This document shows positions 60,117-64,000 of a stretch of DNA of 64,000 nt, in pieces; position 1 is the first letter of the stretch; each line of letters opens with the position of its first letter. The DNA is taken from positions 124,001 through 188,000 of the forward strand of contig JAQGDQ010000413.1 in the NCBI GenBank assembly GCA_030141605.1, given 5' to 3'. The translations under genes were made by a program, and so were the position numbers. Under the pieces are notes generated by a model, which did no database searches, was not told the DNA's origin, and was given only the letters and a program-made list of their open reading frames with translations. Source of the DNA: Tubiluchus corallicola (lineage: Eukaryota > Animalia > Priapulida).

Positions 60117-60272
60117 GCAACAGCAACAACAACAACAAGTAAAACTTATGAGCGGCAGTAACGACACCAATGACAACAACAACGCTATTAGTTACAACAA
60201 CACCAATAGTAGTAACAGCAGCAACAATGGCTATAACACCAAGGACACCACAAGAGCAGCAAGGTAGATGAC
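60045..60272 (-). repeat. (CAA)n plus an inverted copy of the 54140-54276 / 54867-55003 segment
   Basis: CAAGTAAAACTTATGAGCGGCAGTAA...CCAAGGACACCACAAGAGCAGCAAG is the reverse complement of those segments. Confidence 0.9.
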
Positions 60273-60936
60273 AAATGTTCCACTACTAGTATAAAAGGCA
60301 TACTGCTACATCATATGTTTCGGAAAAGAAATTGCAAAGCCAAAAACTGTCACGTATGACGCTAGTGTATATTACACGAAACGTTTGCAAACTACAGTAA
60401 ATTCAGCATGTTATTATACGTGGCCATTTTGGCTTTGCATTTCAGATCTTATTGAGATTCTCCATGTATGAATTTGCTTCTGAAAAGTTTACTGATGAGC
60501 TACGCCTGGTAAACTGACTTTAAAATACTTTATAGTGCGCTGTAGCAACTCCTTTCACACACACGTAAATTATGCTTAAAATTACGAGATTTCGGATATG
60601 TATAAAAGCTAAATTGCTCGTAATTGAAATAAGGTCGCATTATATATATTGATTATTTCTATCTGCAGTCACCATAACAAATTCACACGTCTATTTTGCA
60701 ATTGTTGAAAATCACAAGGCGACATCTCGTGTGAAAACAAACAATTACTATTGTTTTTACACGCGTGCTAATTTTAGAATTTTAAATGCACAAGTTTACA
60801 AGCTTAATAACAATCAAACGTAAAATGAATTATTGCATTAACTATTTATATTTGTACCTGTTTGTTGTATGTCACCATAGAGCACATCAAAGTTTCAAAC
60901 AGAAAGAAGCAAAATATTCTAGTGGTAAATATTCTT

Positions 60937-61297
<361 letters not shown>

Positions 61298-61580
61298 ATT
61301 CGCAAGTAGTTTATCTATACTGTCAGCTGCAGGGCGAGTAAAAACGGCAGTAACGACAGCTAATAAACTAAAGCTAAGACCTCAGCGAAGTCTAAAAAGC
61401 TGTTAGAAACTGTTATGCATAACTCAAAACAAATAACAAAAACAAACAAAGAAAAAAAGAAACGGAATTAAAAGTAAATTCTCGGAAACTGGAACTGTTG
61501 GAAAATAAACGTCAAATTCGTTCCAGAAATAACAAAATTTCATTGGAGAATGTCGTTTACTGATGTTTTTATAAGGTGGT

Positions 61581-61663
61581 AACCTAGCCACTGGGGGGGG
61601 GGGGGTGCAAGCCAGCCCAACTCAGTGCCGGTCCCAAGCCCGGATAAATAGGGATGGTTAGGG
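61581..61663 (+). ncRNA. Twister ribozyme core, copy 2 (G>U at 61655 in the T1 pseudoknot)
   Basis: Same P2/T2/P3/P4/L4 pattern as copy 1; preceded by U (61580), giving the canonical U^A site; GAUGG in place of GAGGG. Confidence 0.8.
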
Positions 61664-62077
61664 TCAGGAAGGACATCCGCCTGTAAAAACTGCGCCAAAA
61701 CCTTCTATGAATGAGTCGGTGAGGCTTGAAGGTAAAGTCCGCAAAGAAGTGGTCAGACCCGCTCTAATCTATGGGCTGGAAGGAGCTTCTCTAAAGAAGA
61801 CCGAAGAGAAGAAAATGGGTGTGGTGGAGATGAGGATGTTGAGATGGATGGTGGGAATAACAAGAAAAGATAAAATTAGAAATAATAATATCAGAGGAAC
61901 AGTAAAAGTAGTGGAAGCCTCGCAAGATTGCTATGGTATGGACACCTGAAAAGAAGAGTCGGTGAAGATCATGTGGGAAGGGAAGACATAAATGAAGAGA
62001 TGGTCAACAACAGGAATGCGTGGAGAAGACTCGTTCGCAACAGCGACCCCGAATAGGGAAAAGCCGGGAAGAAGAAG

Positions 62078-62106
<29 letters not shown>
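61581..62106 (+). mobile_element. Non-autonomous RTE-derived twister-headed retroelement, copy 2, with (GAA)n tail
   Basis: Colinear with 34332-34820. ORF 61707-61949 reads [17 protein letters not shown]...EMRMLRWMVGITRKDKIRN, followed by frameshifted RLLWYGHLKRR...NRNAWRRLVRNSDPE*. Confidence 0.92.
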
Positions 62107-62110
<4 letters not shown>

Positions 62111-63344
62111 TAATTAGCCATATCATTAGCAGTAAGTTTTCATTTGATGGAAAAAAGCAAGTTAGTATTAAACTTATTATAACTATAAAGTACACCAAGG
62201 CGTACACGTAGCCTACAGGTCTATTTAAGACTTTACGGCTGATAAATTTCGTTTCATATAAAACACTTTTAGGTTATAAGGTTGGTTAGTGTCGTTTATC
62301 ACATAATTATATACAATAACATTGTTAGTTGATTGTTTACAAATAACAACCTAGATTAAATCACGTTAAATTCGCTTTTGGGCATACCCCATTTTACACT
62401 TTAACTCACAACACGAACATATCATCGTAAATCAATTGTTCATTAGAGAAGACATAAATCACGTTTCGAGTCTGACTGGGTGTCCGTCTGTTCGTCTGCC
62501 GGAATGAGAAACAATACGGACAGCTATAAACAAAGTGTATTGTACGACTTTGCACATATTCAACTCATGTTAATTGCAGTTTGACACATGTCAACGTGGA
62601 GGTGCCATAAATTACCTGCTGATGATCGTTAAGACTCGTTGATACACCTGGGCGGTCAGACTACTGAATTTAGTTGCTCGTCAAACTGTCTACATGAAGT
62701 GACTTGTCATTCGATGCATGATTCTCCCTCAAGACTTTTTCAAACTCGTTTCAGATTTTTCCAACGGTAGACCAGCCAGGTAGAGAGGTGATAAAAGCCA
62801 AGGTAACAATGATAACTTCAGAAAGTGCAAGAAATTGTTTTCAACAAAAGCATAGTCATCTTATTTCAAGAACATTACTATTAGTATGATAATGATTTTG
62901 TTCAGGGACTAAACCGATTAAAATAAATCATAAGTAGCCAAAAAGCTAATGAATGATAATTACCCAATGAATTTCAAATCTTAATATTTCAAAAACTAAA
63001 AAAGTTATAAATCGAAGTAATCAAAGTATTAAACGACATGAAAGAAAACTTGTACATTAAAATTGTAAATAACGTGAATAGTGTATTCACAACATTTTGC
63101 TGTAATTTTGTAATGACTAAAAGAGGAGTTTTTGTGTACCTAAGTGTTAGAAAAATAAGCATCAGTTTGTTTGAAACGCCATGTAAAACAGACTAAAACA
63201 AGTAAAAAAATGCTTATACAATCTTTATCAGATGGTGACGTCAAATTATATATTTTGGTGTACGAAATGTTTTGCTTTTTTTTATTCTAGGCCACTTTCC
63301 AAATTGAGCGCCGCTACGCGTTTCTTGAGTATTCTCAGATATAG

Positions 63345-64000
63345 TATTCCTACACTTCACTTCACGTATTCCTACACTACACTTCACTACACTACACTAC
63401 ACTTCACGTATTCCTACACTACACTTCACTTCACGTATTCCTACACTACACTTCACTTCACGTATTCCTACACTACACTACACTACACTACACTTCACTT
63501 CACGTATTCCTACACTACACTTCACTACACTACACTACACTTCACGTATTCCTACACTACACTTCACTTCACGTATTCCTACACTTCACTTCACTACACT
63601 ACACTACACTTCACGTATTCCTACACTACACTTCACTTCACGCATTCCTACACTTCACTTCACTACACTACACTTCACTTCACGTATTCCTACACTACAC
63701 ATCACTACACTTCACGTATTCCTACACTTCACTTCACGTATTCCTACACTACACTTCACTTCACGTATTCCTACACTTCACTTCACGTATTCCTACACTA
63801 CACTTCACTTCACGTATTCCTACACTTCACTTCACGTATTCCTACACTACACTTCACTACACTACACTACACTTCACGTATTCCTACACTACACTTCACT
63901 TCACGTATTTCTACACTTCACTTCACTACACTACACTTCACTTCACGTATTCCTACACTACACATCACTACACTTCACGTATTCCTACACTTCACTTCAC
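63345..64000. repeat. Compound satellite built from CACTT, CACTA and CACGTATTCCTA modules (runs off the window end)
   Basis: Direct observation. Confidence 0.95.

Noticed and set aside
60492-60520. CTGATGAG hammerhead-like core (similar at 36572, 59597, 62619)
   Set aside because: No stem II and GAAA downstream.
61560-62125. TSD for the second twister-headed element
   Set aside because: Only a 2-4-nt GT(AA) match, which is not distinguishable from chance.

Overview
AT-rich, very repeat-dense eukaryotic (animal, most likely invertebrate) intergenic or intronic DNA. I recognise no host protein-coding gene, rRNA, true tRNA or CRISPR array, and almost all long ORFs in the track are microsatellite or minisatellite artefacts. 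Mobile elements: one 5'-truncated but uninterrupted non-LTR retrotransposon RT ORF (~18071-19826) embedded in (CT)n; many 3' fragments of L2/Crack-, CR1- and RTE-type LINEs; two tRNA-headed MetaSINE-like copies; a hAT MITE with an 8-bp TSD; an internally deleted Tc1/mariner (DD41D/rosa-like) element; and Kolobok-like relics. Tandem repeats: 17-, 51-, 63- and 84-bp arrays and about 25 microsatellites. The most notable observation is a ~490-bp non-autonomous RTE-derived retroelement, present twice (34332-34820 with a 16-17-bp TSD, and 61581-62106). Its 5' end is a twister self-cleaving ribozyme core, and both copies begin exactly at the predicted cleavage site. It therefore looks like a SINE-sized element with a ribozyme head instead of a tRNA/Pol III head. 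All alignments and family assignments were made by eye and from memory, without tools.
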